Position numbers and translations under genes: made by a program. From contig NC_057718.1 in assembly GCF_004010195.1 (NCBI RefSeq), positions 70,074,428-70,121,367 on the forward strand: DNA of 46,940 nucleotides. Reading direction: 5' to 3'. The stretch is from Chiloscyllium plagiosum. Taxonomy: Eukaryota. Below, one piece after another: positions 1 through 11,119 of this stretch; positions within the stretch are counted from its first letter, which is position 1; each line of letters opens with the position of its first letter. The notes under the pieces were generated by a model, which made no database searches, had not been told where the DNA came from, and worked only from the letters and a program-made list of their open reading frames with translations.

Positions 1-748
1 CCATCCATCCGATACCGACCACCCGACCATCCATCCGATACCGACCACCCGACCATCCATCCGATACCGACCACCCACCTGATACCGACCACCCACCCAC
101 CCATCCGATACCGACCACCCATCCAATACCATCCATGCATCCGATACCGATCACCCATCCATGCATCCGATACCGATCACCCATCCATGCATCCGATACC
201 GATCACCCATCCATGCATCCGATACCGATCACCCATCCATGCATCCGATACCGATCACCCATCCATGCATCCGATACCGATCACCCATCCATGCATCCGA
301 TACCGATCACCCATCCATGCATCCGATACCGATCACCCATCCATGCATCCGATACCGATCACCCATCCATGCATCCGATACCGATCACCCATCCATGCAT
401 CCGATACCGATCACCCATCCATGCATCCGATACCGATCACCCATCCATGCATCCGATACCGATCACCCATCCATGCATCCGATACCGATCACCCATCCAT
501 GCATCCGATACCGATCACCCATCCATGCATCCGATACCGATCACCCATCCATGCATCCGATACCGATCACCCATCCATGCATCCGATACCGATCACCCAT
601 CCATGCATCCGATACCGATCACCCATCCATGCATCCGATACCGACCACCCGACCACGCATCCACCCATCCACCCAATACCGACCACCCATCCACCCAATA
701 CCGACCACCCATCCACCCAATACCGACCACCCATCCAATACCGACCAC
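1..748. repeat. Minisatellite, 26-bp unit CCATCCATGCATCCGATACCGATCAC, with variant 26/22/18-bp units at the edges
   Basis: ATG recurs every 26 bp from 135 to 629 (about 20 near-identical units, 129-648). Three 22-bp units CCATCCACCCAATACCGACCAC at 665-730 and an 18-bp unit at 731-748. The array runs off the left edge. Confidence 0.98.
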
Positions 749-962
749 TGTAGCGGGCAGCTGGAACTGACAACTGGAAGCGGCAGATTTAAACCACTAC
801 AAATGCCGGAGGAAAAATCACAGAAGCGCTTCACAGGAGGTTTCCAAGCACTGAGGATGTCACCTAGACAGGGGACGAAACGTCTGCAACATAAATTCCC
901 TGCTCGGCAAACAGAACCACAACAACGAGCACCCGAGCTACAAATCTTCACACAGACTTTTA
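735..962 (+). mobile_element. Penelope-like element 3' end / pseudo-LTR remnant (family A)
   Basis: Contains a complete minimal HHR core at 851-884. The start (CCAATACCGACCACTG, reading YRPL) resembles the end of PLE GIY-YIG ORFs as I recall them. Confidence 0.75.
848..887 (+). ncRNA. Minimal type I hammerhead ribozyme motif
   Basis: GCA-CUGAGGA-U-[GUC A CCU agac AGG G GAC]-GAAA-C-GUC-UGC: both conserved core boxes, stem II, loop-less palindromic stem III (ACGU), GUC cleavage triplet and 3-bp stem I. Confidence 0.8.
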
Positions 963-1112
963 ACAAGTTCAGCCAGCTATGCATGCAATGTATACTGTCA
1001 TTATTACATTTGAATAGATTGAATTCAACATTAACAATGTTGACATCTGTTGATTATGGAGAAGAGCAGGACAATTTTTCTTGAACTAACATGAGTTGTG
1101 CTTCATGCTCAC

Positions 1113-1146
1113 CAGAGGGCAGTCTTCAATATACAATACTGCAGAA
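1113..1146 (-). other. Candidate 34-nt micro-exon; overlaps a CTCF-like motif at 1109-1122
   Basis: Minus strand reads ttttctgtgctgtttcag|TTCTGCAG...CCCTCTG|gtgagc, with two open frames (SAVLYIEDCPL or LQYCILKTAL). Confidence 0.3.
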
Positions 1147-1339
1147 CTGAAACAGCACAGAAAATGCTTTGGCTTTAAATTATAGCATCCACCTCTGTCA
1201 CTTTGCCATCCAATGTGTTCCTATTTCTGGAAAATCATTCAATTTCTCAAGCCTTATAAAAATTCAGTTTAATATAAAACACTGAATCATGTATATTTTG
1301 CAACTGTATATTACTTAATATAGCAAAACATCCCAAGTT

Positions 1340-1470
1340 CAGTTCTGAAGAAGGGTCACTAGATCCAAAACTTTAACTCTGCTTTCTTTCCACATATGTT
1401 GTGAGGTCTACTGAGTTTCTCCAGCAATTTCTATTTTTGTTTCTGATTTCCAGCATTGGTAGTTATTTGG
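1340..1470 (+). mobile_element. PLE terminal-repeat remnant (family B) with degenerate HHR
   Basis: CTGAAGA-AGGGTC-acta-GATCC-AAAAC at 1345-1371; downstream sequence is homologous to the minus-strand copy at 33197-33308. Confidence 0.65.
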
Positions 1471-1489
1471 TTTTTTAATAATTTATTTA

Positions 1490-1930
1490 ATTCCAGCTTA
1501 AAAATATTCTATGACCTTATCTTCACCACTCTGGGGAAGAGAGACCACAGACTAACAAACCTTGGAGAGAAAAAGATTCTCTTCATCTCCACTTTAATTA
1601 AGTGACCCTTAATGTAAACTGTGTACCCTAGTTCAACTTAACAGGATGCATCCTTTCAGTATCCACACTGCCAACTCCTGCCTTGGAATCCAATATGGAA
1701 TAAGATCAATAAGATTACCTTTCACATTTCTAAACTCCAATGAATACCAACTCAATCTGTCCAACCTAAGTCAACCCCTTCATCCTAGGAATCAGTCAAG
1801 TGACAATTCTCTGAACTATTTCTCATGCAATTACATTCTCACTTAATTAAGGAAACCAAAATTGTACCCAGTACTTCAGATGTGGTCTCACCAAGGCCCT
1901 TAAAATAGTTTCAAAATTTCTCTACTTTAG
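1490..1930 (-). mobile_element. Old CR1 LINE 3' fragment
   Basis: Decayed ORF2 C-terminal motifs (LVRPHLKYWVQFW-like) on the minus strand. Confidence 0.7.
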
Positions 1931-2089
1931 GAAGTTCTGTCAGGTATGATTTGCTGTTGTCCTTTCACACAGCTAAGTATTATTCTTTGTATGTAAGATG
2001 CACAGTTTTGATTACGACAATCCAAGAGGGTCAGATCATCATCTTTTTACAATGAAGAATAGAAGTGGTGATATTAGTACAAGCATCGT

Positions 2090-2540
2090 TTATGATGACT
2101 AATTTGGTTATTTGAGAGATCTTGATGGTGCCAGAGATTTTAGCTGCATGGTTAGATTGGAGAAGCTAGAATTGTTCTCCATGGAATAAAGAAATTGAGG
2201 GGAGATCTGATTCAGATACGCAAATTGTGACAGATTTAGGTAAGGTCAACAAGAAAATCTTCTCAATAGCTGGTGTTATGAAGATTAGTAGACACAGGTT
2301 TGGGCAAGAGATGCAGTGAGCTTGTGAGAGAACAATTTTACAGAAGAGGCAGGAATGACCTTGAAACTGCTCCCTGCAAAAGTGGTGAAAGCAGAGAAAA
2401 TGAATGAGTTCAAGATGTAAGCGCAATAAGCTTACAGAGCCATAAGGATGAAGCTAGAACGGGAACTGAACGGATTGCTTTACAATGAAGTTGGTGGGCT
2501 GAGTAGACTTCTTTTGTGCTTACTGACTTTATGACTTACA
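2090..2540 (+). mobile_element. Old CR1 LINE 3' fragment
   Basis: Decayed ORF2 C-terminus and a CR1-type 3' UTR ending (gggctgagtagacttcttttgtgct). Confidence 0.6.
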
Positions 2541-2627
2541 TAAGTTGCAGGTAATGGCCATCTCCAGCAAAAAAATCAAACATTCTCCTTTAACATTCAA
2601 TAACATTCCTATGTATGCTATACCTTC

Positions 2628-2851
2628 GAGGAGAAAGTGAGGACTGCAGATGCTGGAGATCAGAGCTGAAAATGTGTTGCTGGAAAAGCGCAGCAGGTCA
2701 GGCAGCATCCAAGGAACAGGAGAATCGACGTTTCTGGCATAAGCCCTTCTTCAGGAATTCCTGAAGAAGGGCTTATGCCTGAAACGTCGATTCTCCTGTT
2801 CCTTGGATGCTGCCTGACCTGCTGCGCTTTTCCAGCAACACATTTTCAGCT
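2628..2851. mobile_element. Fold-back PLE remnant (family C): 188-bp palindrome with two divergent HHR motifs and a 14-bp TSD
   Basis: Arms 2664-2757 and 2758-2851 are reverse complements with one mismatch, centred on GAATTC. HHR core CTGAAGA...GAAACGTC at 2761-2788 and its mirror. CTATGTATGCTATA occurs at 2609-2622 and 2850-2863. Confidence 0.9.
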
Positions 2852-3264
2852 ATGTATGCTATATTGTCAATATCCTGGATGTTTCCAGGATGTTTCCACT
2901 GACACACAACCTAACAGAACTGTTATGTATAGATCTGAAAGAGTTAATACATAACTGAGTGTAACAAGTATCACATGCCTTGATGATGTCATAAGGATTT
3001 AAAGGGAGGATGAAATAGGAGCTTGTTGGAAACAAACCTAAGACTACATTCCTGTCTTTTTAGTAGTCTAATGTAATATAACAATCTTAATATAACCTAT
3101 TCTTATAACCTGTAAATAATTGTGCAGATACACTAACTGCTTCTTAGTTACTTTATATGACCAGTAAGTAACTAGCACACTGGACCAAATAAGCCCCTAA
3201 AGAACTAGAAGACACATGACAACACATACAACACTGACCAAATAAAAGACAAAATTCCACAACC

Positions 3265-3635
3265 ATTGGATGTTCAAACCACTTTACAGTCAGTGTTTTT
3301 GAAATGTACTGCAAGAAATACTGCCACTAATTTGCATTCAGCAAACTCCCAAAAACAGCAAGAAGCAGATAATCTGCTTTTTGTGATGCTGCTTAAGTGA
3401 TAAATACTGACCAGGAAAATTGAGATAATTGTTCTTCAAAATATTGCAACAGGGTCTTTTACACCACTCCAACCAGTAGATAGGGCTTCGGTTTAATATC
3501 TCCTTTTAAGGGATTGATCTTCTAACAGTGCAGTGCCCCTTTCGTAATGCACTGGAATGTCTGCCTTGATTTCTGTGCTTAAGCTCAACACGGGGAACTA
3601 AACCCAATTTCTTATGACTCCGAGGTAAGTCATAC
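3265..3635 (-). mobile_element. Degenerate DeuSINE-group SINE (SacSINE1/AmnSINE/LF-SINE-like)
   Basis: Minus strand shows a tRNA-like head followed by central blocks (gcactgcactgttagaag, attaaaccgaagccc, gtaaaagaccc, atttatcac, acagattatctg) typical of this group. Confidence 0.65.
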
Positions 3636-3774
3636 TGATGCATTTTGCAAGTTCTTCTCCAAGCCATACGCTATCAATCTTTCCTCCATTGTCACTAGGA
3701 CAAATTCTGAACCTCCCTCCCATAAAAGCAATGTGCACACTGAAACCAAATAGATTGTAATGATTCAAGCAATT

Positions 3775-3908
3775 CACATGATGAAGGAGCAGCACTCCTA
3801 AAGCTTGAGATTTCAAATAAATCTGTTGGAGTATAACTTGACGTTGTGTGATGTCTAACTTTGCTCCCCCCGCCACCCAGGTTTACCAGCAGCACCTTCA
3901 CATCATGA
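3775..3908 (+). mobile_element. PLE terminal-repeat remnant (family D) with degenerate HHR, inserted in a LINE 3' end (about 3640-3985)
   Basis: aTGATGA-AGGAG-cagca-CTCC-tAAAGC, followed by aaataaatctgttggagtataacttg, which matches 23146-23200. Confidence 0.65.
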
Positions 3909-4259
3909 TTTAAGAGGACAGTTCATCATCATTTTCTCCCAGGAAACTAGGGATAGGTAATCAATGCTGGCCAGTGGCACTCGCCTCCTTAGTTCTCACT
4001 CCTTTTGTACCTCCTTTGCATTTTTCAATGTTTCTTCTGTAGTATCTTGTCCCATATCTTGTGGCAGTAAGCAATGACAAATTATTACACATATGCATGA
4101 GTAGTGCCTGGAGTCTCCAGTGTGGTCCAAGCTGAGGAAGCATTCTACACAGCTTAATGCCATTTAGAGTTCTAGTATGGCTTACATTTTACGTTTATCT
4201 TCTACCCACGTGTTCATGCTTTGAATACCACAATGATTTGCCAGATGACAATTGTAACA

Positions 4260-4560
4260 CTTGATGCAGAGGTTAGAGAAAGAGCGGAACTTTGAACAAT
4301 CTTTATCGCTACGGAAAATGTACTGAGCAAAATAATGAGTGAAGACAGAAGTCCCTAGGACCTAATAGCCAACATCCACAGTCATAAAGGAAGTGGCAGC
4401 AGAAATCAATCCATTGGTGAAAATATTCCAAATATCTCAGGATGTGGGATTGGTTTTAGGGGACAGAAAAATGCTTTTATCATACCCTTCAAAAATAGAG
4501 GGAGGCAAACAGTAGGAAACTATAGACTAGTTAGTTTAGCATGTGTTATTGGAAAATTCA
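4260..4560 (+). mobile_element. CR1 ORF2 fragment just upstream of the RT domain
   Basis: Decayed KSPGP..HP.V.KEVAAEI and GNYRLVSLACVIGK motifs. Confidence 0.7.
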
Positions 4561-5765
4561 TACAGTGTAGTAAAGGCTCTTTGGCCCATTGAGTCTGCAT
4601 CAACATAATTACCATGAAAAATAATTTACTAATCCTAATTTCTTTCACTTATCCAGTATCACTGCATGTTATGATTAGATTAGATTAGATTAGATTACTT
4701 ACAGTGTGGAAACAGGCCCTTCGGCCCAACAAGTCCACACCGACCCGCCGAAGCGTAACCCACCCATACCCCTACATTTACCCCTTTACCTAACACTACG
4801 GGCAATTTAGCATGGCCAATGATATTTGGAGTGCTCATCCAAATATTTTTTAAAGCTACTTTCTCAGGTGGTGCATTCCAGATTCCCAAACCCACTGAGT
4901 TTATTTTCCCAAATGCCCTTTGAATTCCTTGCCCCTTACCCTAAATTATGCTCTCTATTCACTTGTTCATACCCCTTTCTAATCTTATACATCTCAATCA
5001 TGTCCCCTCTCAGTCTTCTCTGTTGTAAAGAATACAATCCAAGCCTATCTATCCTGTGTGCACATCTCTATTTCCCCACCTTGAGCAACATCCTGGTGAA
5101 CCTCCTTTGTACCCCCTCCAGTGCTATCACATCCTTCCTGTAGTGAGGTGACCAGAACCCCACACGGCAGTCCAACTGTGGCCTGACCAATGCTCTGTAA
5201 AACTACAACAGTATCTCCTTGATGTTCCACTCTGTGTCACAACTGATGAAAGCAAGTGTCCCTTATGCATTCTTAACTATGCTATTCATGTGCTCTGTCG
5301 ACTTCAGGGATCTGAGAATTATTACCCCAAGATACCTCTGTTCCTCTAAGCTACCAAGTGCCCTGCTATTCATTAAATACTTCCTCATCTTGTTTCTTCT
5401 TTCAAAGTACATCACCTCACACTTTTCAGGGTTAAATCCCATCGGCCACTGGTTTGCCCATCTGACCAACCCATCTATATCTTCCTGTAATCTACAAATA
5501 TTTTCTTCACTATAAGCAAATTTGCTTAAAATTCCCCCAACATTTTCATTTATATCATTTATGTATATAGCAAACAATAAGGGTCCCAATACTGATCCTT
5601 GTAGAACACTGCTGGACACTGGCCTCCAATCACTCAAACAGTCTTCTACCATGATCCTTTGTCTCCTATTACTAAGCCAGTTTCTGATCCACCTCACCAG
5701 GTTTTCCTCTGTTCCATGTGCTGTAACCTTCTCAGTCTCCCATTTAGGACCTTATCAAAAGCTTT
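4560..5765 (-). mobile_element. CR1 LINE 3' portion (RT pseudogene), interrupted by an HE1 tail
   Basis: ORF 5263-5697: WIRNWLSNRRQR, QGSVLGPLLFAIYIND, FNPEKCEV. Confidence 0.92.
4673..4820 (-). mobile_element. HE1 SINE, 5'-truncated
   Basis: (TAGAT)n tail followed by CAGTGTGGAAACAGGCCCTTCGGCCCAACAAGTCCACACCG; near-identical to the other copies here. Confidence 0.92.
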
Positions 5766-6059
5766 ATTAAAAAAGTGCTGTTCTGAACTGAGAGCTTACA
5801 AGCACCTGTGTATATGACTGGATGGCAATCTTCTGAGTTTACTAGAAAATTGAAAATACGTGAATTTGGCTGTGAAATAGATACCTGAGTTAATTGCTGT
5901 TTTGACAACAATTTGAATTTAACCAATCAGTTTAACTTATGCCGCAGGATACTAAACCCCAATTGAGTTTGAATTTATTGTTTTGCCAATATCGGACCAA
6001 TGAGACGATCGATGTTGAGGACATCATGCCCATGTCTTTTCTGCCTGCTGGTCTGCCCT

Positions 6060-6860
6060 ACTATCCCTTTTATATCTAACAACCTTGCTGACAACTTTAC
6101 ATCTAGTCTGTACCCCATCTAACTGTCTAAATAGTTTGAAATCTCCCCAACAGCAAAAGCAAGCTGCCCAGTAAGGAAATTGGACACATTTTAGGTCAGG
6201 TGCAACCTGTCCGATTTGTTTATGTCCGACCTACCCAAGAGAATATCCCAGTGATCCAAAACGCTAGAGCTGTATTTAACCAGGCACTCAACTGACCTAC
6301 TTTCCTATTCGTACATTCAGCAGCTCATGGCACTGGAAGTAATCTGGAGATTACAACCATCAGAACCATTGCAACCCACCTCAGACAACTGACTCTGTGG
6401 AGTTTGCACATTCTCCCAGTGTCTGCGTGGGTTTCCACCGGGTGCTCCGGTTTCCTCCCACAGTCCAAAAGATGTGCAGGTCAGGTGAATTGGCCATGCT
6501 AAATTGCCCGTAGTGTTAGGTAAGGGGTAAATGTAGGGGTATGGGCGGGTTGCGCTTCAGCGGGTCAGTGTGGACTTGTTGGGCCGAAGGGCCTGTTTCC
6601 ATGCTGTAATGTAATGTAATGTAATCTAATCTAATCTAAAAGAATTCTCCTTGTTAATCTATTACCTAACTCTCTAAATTCCTGTCACAGGAGTGCATTT
6701 CTTTGTTTAACCCATATTGATGATATGGATATGTACCACGACAGTTGGCTGTTCACCAGGTCCCCTGAACATTACCTGGATCTTTGTATTAACAGTTATC
6801 GTCTAGACCATCAGCTCCCCTTACATCCCTATGATCAACGAATAACTTTTATCATCTATT
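6060..6860 (-). mobile_element. Old CR1 ORF1 (SGNH esterase) fragment, split by an HE1 SINE
   Basis: The reverse complement resembles the DHWD.FLGR.D...DRLHLT segment seen intact at 46830-46890. Confidence 0.6.
6375..6640 (+). mobile_element. HE1 SINE, head truncated
   Basis: V-domain GTGGAGTTTGCACATTCTCCC..GTCTGCGTGGGTTTCC, CR1-like tail and (GTAAT)n(CTAAT)n end. Confidence 0.93.
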
Positions 6861-7549
6861 AGGTAGCCTCTGGTGTCTCAAAGTGACACAAATGTTGATG
6901 GAACCATAGACTGAAAGAGTAAAAGCTACTGTGATTGGCCAGCATGATGCTTTGATCACATCACATGCCAGTTTCACATTAAAAAGTGGCAACCTTTGTA
7001 GTTTTATTACCATTCTAAACTTACATGTACACCTACAAAGTGATGGTGTGAATTTGCTGTACCCTGTACTGTAGGGAGAGCTACTATCCTGATCGTGCCA
7101 TATGTTGACAAGGATTGGCTATAGGCAGACGTTCAGAAGGGTCATCACTCCGTTCTGATGCCTGTCACAGTTCTCCCAATATCATAGCCAACAGAGATCG
7201 CAATCAATGTCACAGAAACAATCAATCAGTGGCCATTCATCCCACTGCTGTTTGTGCAATAATGTGAACATTGAAAATAGTTATTTTCCATTAAAATTGC
7301 TGTAAATATCTATTTGCAAAAAGTAATTGAAACATTTAACCTTAACTCCATTTAGAACAGGAAAGGAATTTAGATAGATAAAAGTTCATCCATACAAGCT
7401 CTAGTTCTGAGTTCTACGAGCAATTGGGAACATGAAAACTACACAAATAGCCCATGGTGCCAGTGCTGGTACTTTAAAAGATCAGTTGTATGTATATCCC
7501 CATTCCTTTTGGATTTGTGACTATCTTTATTCCTTATGATTAAGCACCT

Positions 7550-7945
7550 TAGGAATATAAGAACATAGGAATGTAGGAATAGGAGTTGGCCATTCAGCCC
7601 ATCATACCTGCTTTGTCATTTATTACGATCATGGCTGATTGAACACCTCAATGCCTTTTACCCACCTCATAACCCTGTACATCACTGGTAATCAGAAATC
7701 TATCAATCTCTAGCTTAAACATACTCGAAGATAGCCCTTCCACAATCATCTGTGATAGAGAGTTTCTAAGATTCACAGCCCTCTGAGTAAAAACAAGTTC
7801 TCCTCATCTGTGACCTAAGTGGATTTCACTTATTTTTAAAATGTACCCAGGGTTCTAGCTTCCTCAACCAGAAGAAACCTCTTACCTGTATCTACCTGTC
7901 TATCCCTTTAAGCATTTTGTATGTTTCAATCACATCAATGTTTCA
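7550..7945 (-). mobile_element. CR1 3' end
   Basis: Begins with the reverse-complemented CR1 tail (aagaacataggaat..ggccattcagccc), then ORF2 C-terminus. Confidence 0.75.
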
Positions 7946-8424
7946 AGGAGCATGTGGAGATTTACGTGGCATCTCCCCAAATCTTGAACCATTAATGCAT
8001 CCATGACGTTACTGATGTCATTTTCTTCATATCTTTCCTGTAATGATTACAGTTCTCAGCAGCTTAGACTTGGGATTCTCTTTCATTCCAGGCTGCCCCA
8101 ATTACAGGTGCTACCCACTTCACAGATATTGTTTTTTGAGTGCACTATCAACCTACAGAGTTTGTGAACTTCTACTCTATGAATGCTCAAATTAAATGTG
8201 ACAATGCCAAATTCAGGAAGTCCGCACCAGATATCCTGGGAGCTGACATGAATTTTGCAGGTTCATAGTTTCTTCCCAAGCCCTTGTTCTATACAGAAAT
8301 GGCTGCTGGGAGACGAGCCAAACATGACTCCTGTTATCTTTATGAAATCCTCAGACTGATGCAGAATGAAAATACAATACCAGTCATGTTTCAACTAAGG
8401 CTGTATTGGAACAGATCACAAGCC

Positions 8425-8640
8425 TCTGAAAATAAGACCATAAGACATAAAGCAAGCCATTCAGCTTGTCATATCTACTCGATCATTCAGTGACTTCCCT
8501 AATAATTATCAGCTCCACTCTCCAGCCTCTTCCCCATAATACTTGATTCCTTACAGATTCAAAATTCCTATCTCAGCCTTGAATATTCTTGACTCTGCCT
8601 CTATAGCCCTTTGCAGTAAAGAATTCCATTCTCCTCATCC
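8425..8640 (-). mobile_element. CR1 3' end
   Basis: Tail repeat (agaccataagacata) and gccattcagc motif. Confidence 0.65.
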
Positions 8641-10089
8641 CACCAGTCTAGGACTGGTTATGGGGCAGTTTTCCCTGCAATAGGACAAAGGGAGGGACTG
8701 AGTATATTGGAAATAGATGCAAGGCAATTAATGATGATGTAGGACATGTGGTGAGGTGATCCAACTGTGAGTGTGCAGAGGGCAGTCAGGGTAAAAAGTT
8801 GAGTGGTGAACATTGATAACTGGACATGATGCACACAGTACTGAGCATTTGGGATCCATAGGCCTTGGTGAAGTGCGTGTCCAGTAGCAGAGTTAAACTG
8901 AACTCTAGCCCAGTGAGTCTGAGGTAGCTAAGAAATGATAGTAGCACTTAGCTCTGTGGAAAAAAAGTAGATTATTGATCCATCTTTCTACACCATTGAG
9001 AATCCCAACTGACTTGTGACACAGCACTGCTGCAATTTTGGTCTAGGCTAGATGGGACTGTCATAATGGCCTCTTTAATGATCAGCAGGAAAATAGGACT
9101 GCTCTCCTCTCCACTATTCCATCTACCAGCATTTATCGATCCTGGAAGTTAACTAAACTTTCCATTTCAATGTTTTCAATGATAAGAAGAGCAGTACAGG
9201 TCGTTTGTGGCTTTCAGTGTCTGAAGTGGTGTGTAGCTGAACTTTCAATATGGTTCTAGGCACGTGGAAGCAGAAAGGTGCAATGTGCATTTCCACCTCA
9301 TAATCAAATTGGTGAAGTAAAATTTGAGAGATTGCATGAAAACATTTGTACCAACCCAAAGCAGACAGGGGACACCAAGTCCTACTTTAACTGCAAATGG
9401 GAAAACTCAGCCCCAAGTTTATATTGTAATTTGGAACAATCTAGAACTGTTTTTAAAAAAATTTTGTTCCCTATAAACTTTTTATAATAAATTTCTAGAG
9501 TTCTGCGAAATACAATTTGTTATTCTATTGTATTATGTATTTATATACATATACAAAGCTAGTTTTAATTTGCTTGCACTGATCATAAAGAAAAGTTGTG
9601 CAAGATACATGCACTTCTAATCAACTCAAGTAAAACGTGAAAATTATGAGTTGTATTGAAAGCCCAGAATTGAGTATCGTGGTAACACGTCTTCCTTTGC
9701 TGTGAAATTCACTCAAAATGTTTGGCATGTGGATTGTGATTTAAATGTTGTTCATTCATTCCAAAACTTGTGTCACGTCCCAACCTGCTTGTTTGCATAT
9801 GCCTGACCACCCATTTTAAAGAAATAAAGAAGGTTGAAGTGGCAGCTCTAAACTCTTATCTAGAGAAAGACATTGACATCCATTGATGTCCAAATTCGTA
9901 GCTGCTTTACCAAGAGTCAGTCACTTTCTCAGGTCTGTTATGGCCCTGAATTTACTAAACTGCAGGAGATGCTCATATAATATTATAACTTATGTGTATT
10001 TTTCTTTGAGTGGATTTTAAGGGCTGGGGAGGTGTGAACAAGATAGATTTGAGGAGTTCATGTATGTCGGTTGTGCATTAAATACAGTA

Positions 10090-10865
10090 ATTCAGGAAAT
10101 GAATATTGACATCACTAGCAGGACAAGAACAATGATCAAACAGAAGGTGTTATCATACATGAATTCAAATTCCTTGAGTTTTATTACAGCTGAATCCATC
10201 CAACTGAATGACAAGTATTTCACTGAATTCCTGAATTGATGGTGGAGATGGCTCTGCGGAGTCAAAGGATGAGCCACTCCGTGAACCCAGCATGTTCCAG
10301 CTGTGGCATTGATTTCATTCATTCTGATCTGAATTTTATAGAATTTTAATACAGAAAGCATTTTGCTTCTGGTCAGTGGCCACTCCCAAGAGATTTTTTA
10401 AAGGGGACTGAGCCACACTGAAGGATAGATGGAAGCTTTTCAGACGAGCATCATTACCTGGTGCCAATCTCCTGCTTTCTTCCTATACTCTAGCACACCG
10501 TTTCTATCCAAAATACCCTCTTGAATGATTCCGTTAACCAGCCTCTACCACACTTCAAGTTAGTGCATTCCATACCCTATCAACTCAGAGTGAAAAGGTT
10601 TTTTCTCACGTCACTCTTTCTTCTTTTGCACATCACTTTAAATGTGTCCCTCTCATTCTTTTCCTTTATGAATGAGAACAGCTTCAACTATCTACTCTAT
10701 TATGACTTTAAAAACCTCTACCAAATCTTGTCTCAACCTTCTTCCCTCCAAGGAGGACACCAAATGCTTCAAGCTATCCTCATAAGGGAAGTTTCTCGTT
10801 CCAGGAACCATTCTTGTAAACCATTTCTACACTCTCTGCAATACATTCACATCTTCCTATAAATT
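10090..10865 (-). mobile_element. Two adjacent old LINE fragments (CR1/L2-group at about 10090-10450; CR1 3' part at about 10460-10865)
   Basis: ORF 10092-10361 (QFRNSVKYLSFSWMDSA..LKE) is similar to the LINE segment at 37735-37820; 10460-10865 is paralogous to 18590-18970. Confidence 0.6.
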
Positions 10866-11119
10866 ATTCTTTGTACCAGACAGAATTCCAGCCCATTAGG
10901 CTTTTCTACTTGATTTACATTGACCAGTTTTGTTAACCCCCCTAGTAGCTTGCTCAGTAAATACTGCTGTTCACTCTCTTTGGCTATATCTAATTAAGTA
11001 TCTTCCCATTGACCAGATTTTCTTTTTCCAAAGACTCTGAACTAAATTCATTGAATTTTCAATTATGTCCGTTGGTCTTTTACAGATTTATTATGGTAAA
11101 CTCATTTGGATCTTTGATG

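Noticed and set aside
1..748. CRISPR-like array
   Set aside because: Units are directly adjacent with no unique spacers, there are no cas genes, and the context is vertebrate.
135..1084. Long ORFs of 188-307 aa in all three plus frames
   Set aside because: A stop-free 26-bp repeat gives the same periodic peptide in every frame; there is no evidence of a gene.
5770..6030. Possible LTR or other repeat fragment with CCAAT motifs
   Set aside because: It looks repeat-like, but I found no termini, partner copy or TSD to support a call.
7025..7240. Minus-strand donor (CAT|gtaagt) with an upstream frame interrupted only by TGA codons
   Set aside because: No convincing single acceptor, stops in all frames and no recognisable protein; compatible with chance.
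9260..9491. Possible terminal exon ending at an AATAAA
   Set aside because: Weak acceptor, AT-rich context and no recognisable homology.
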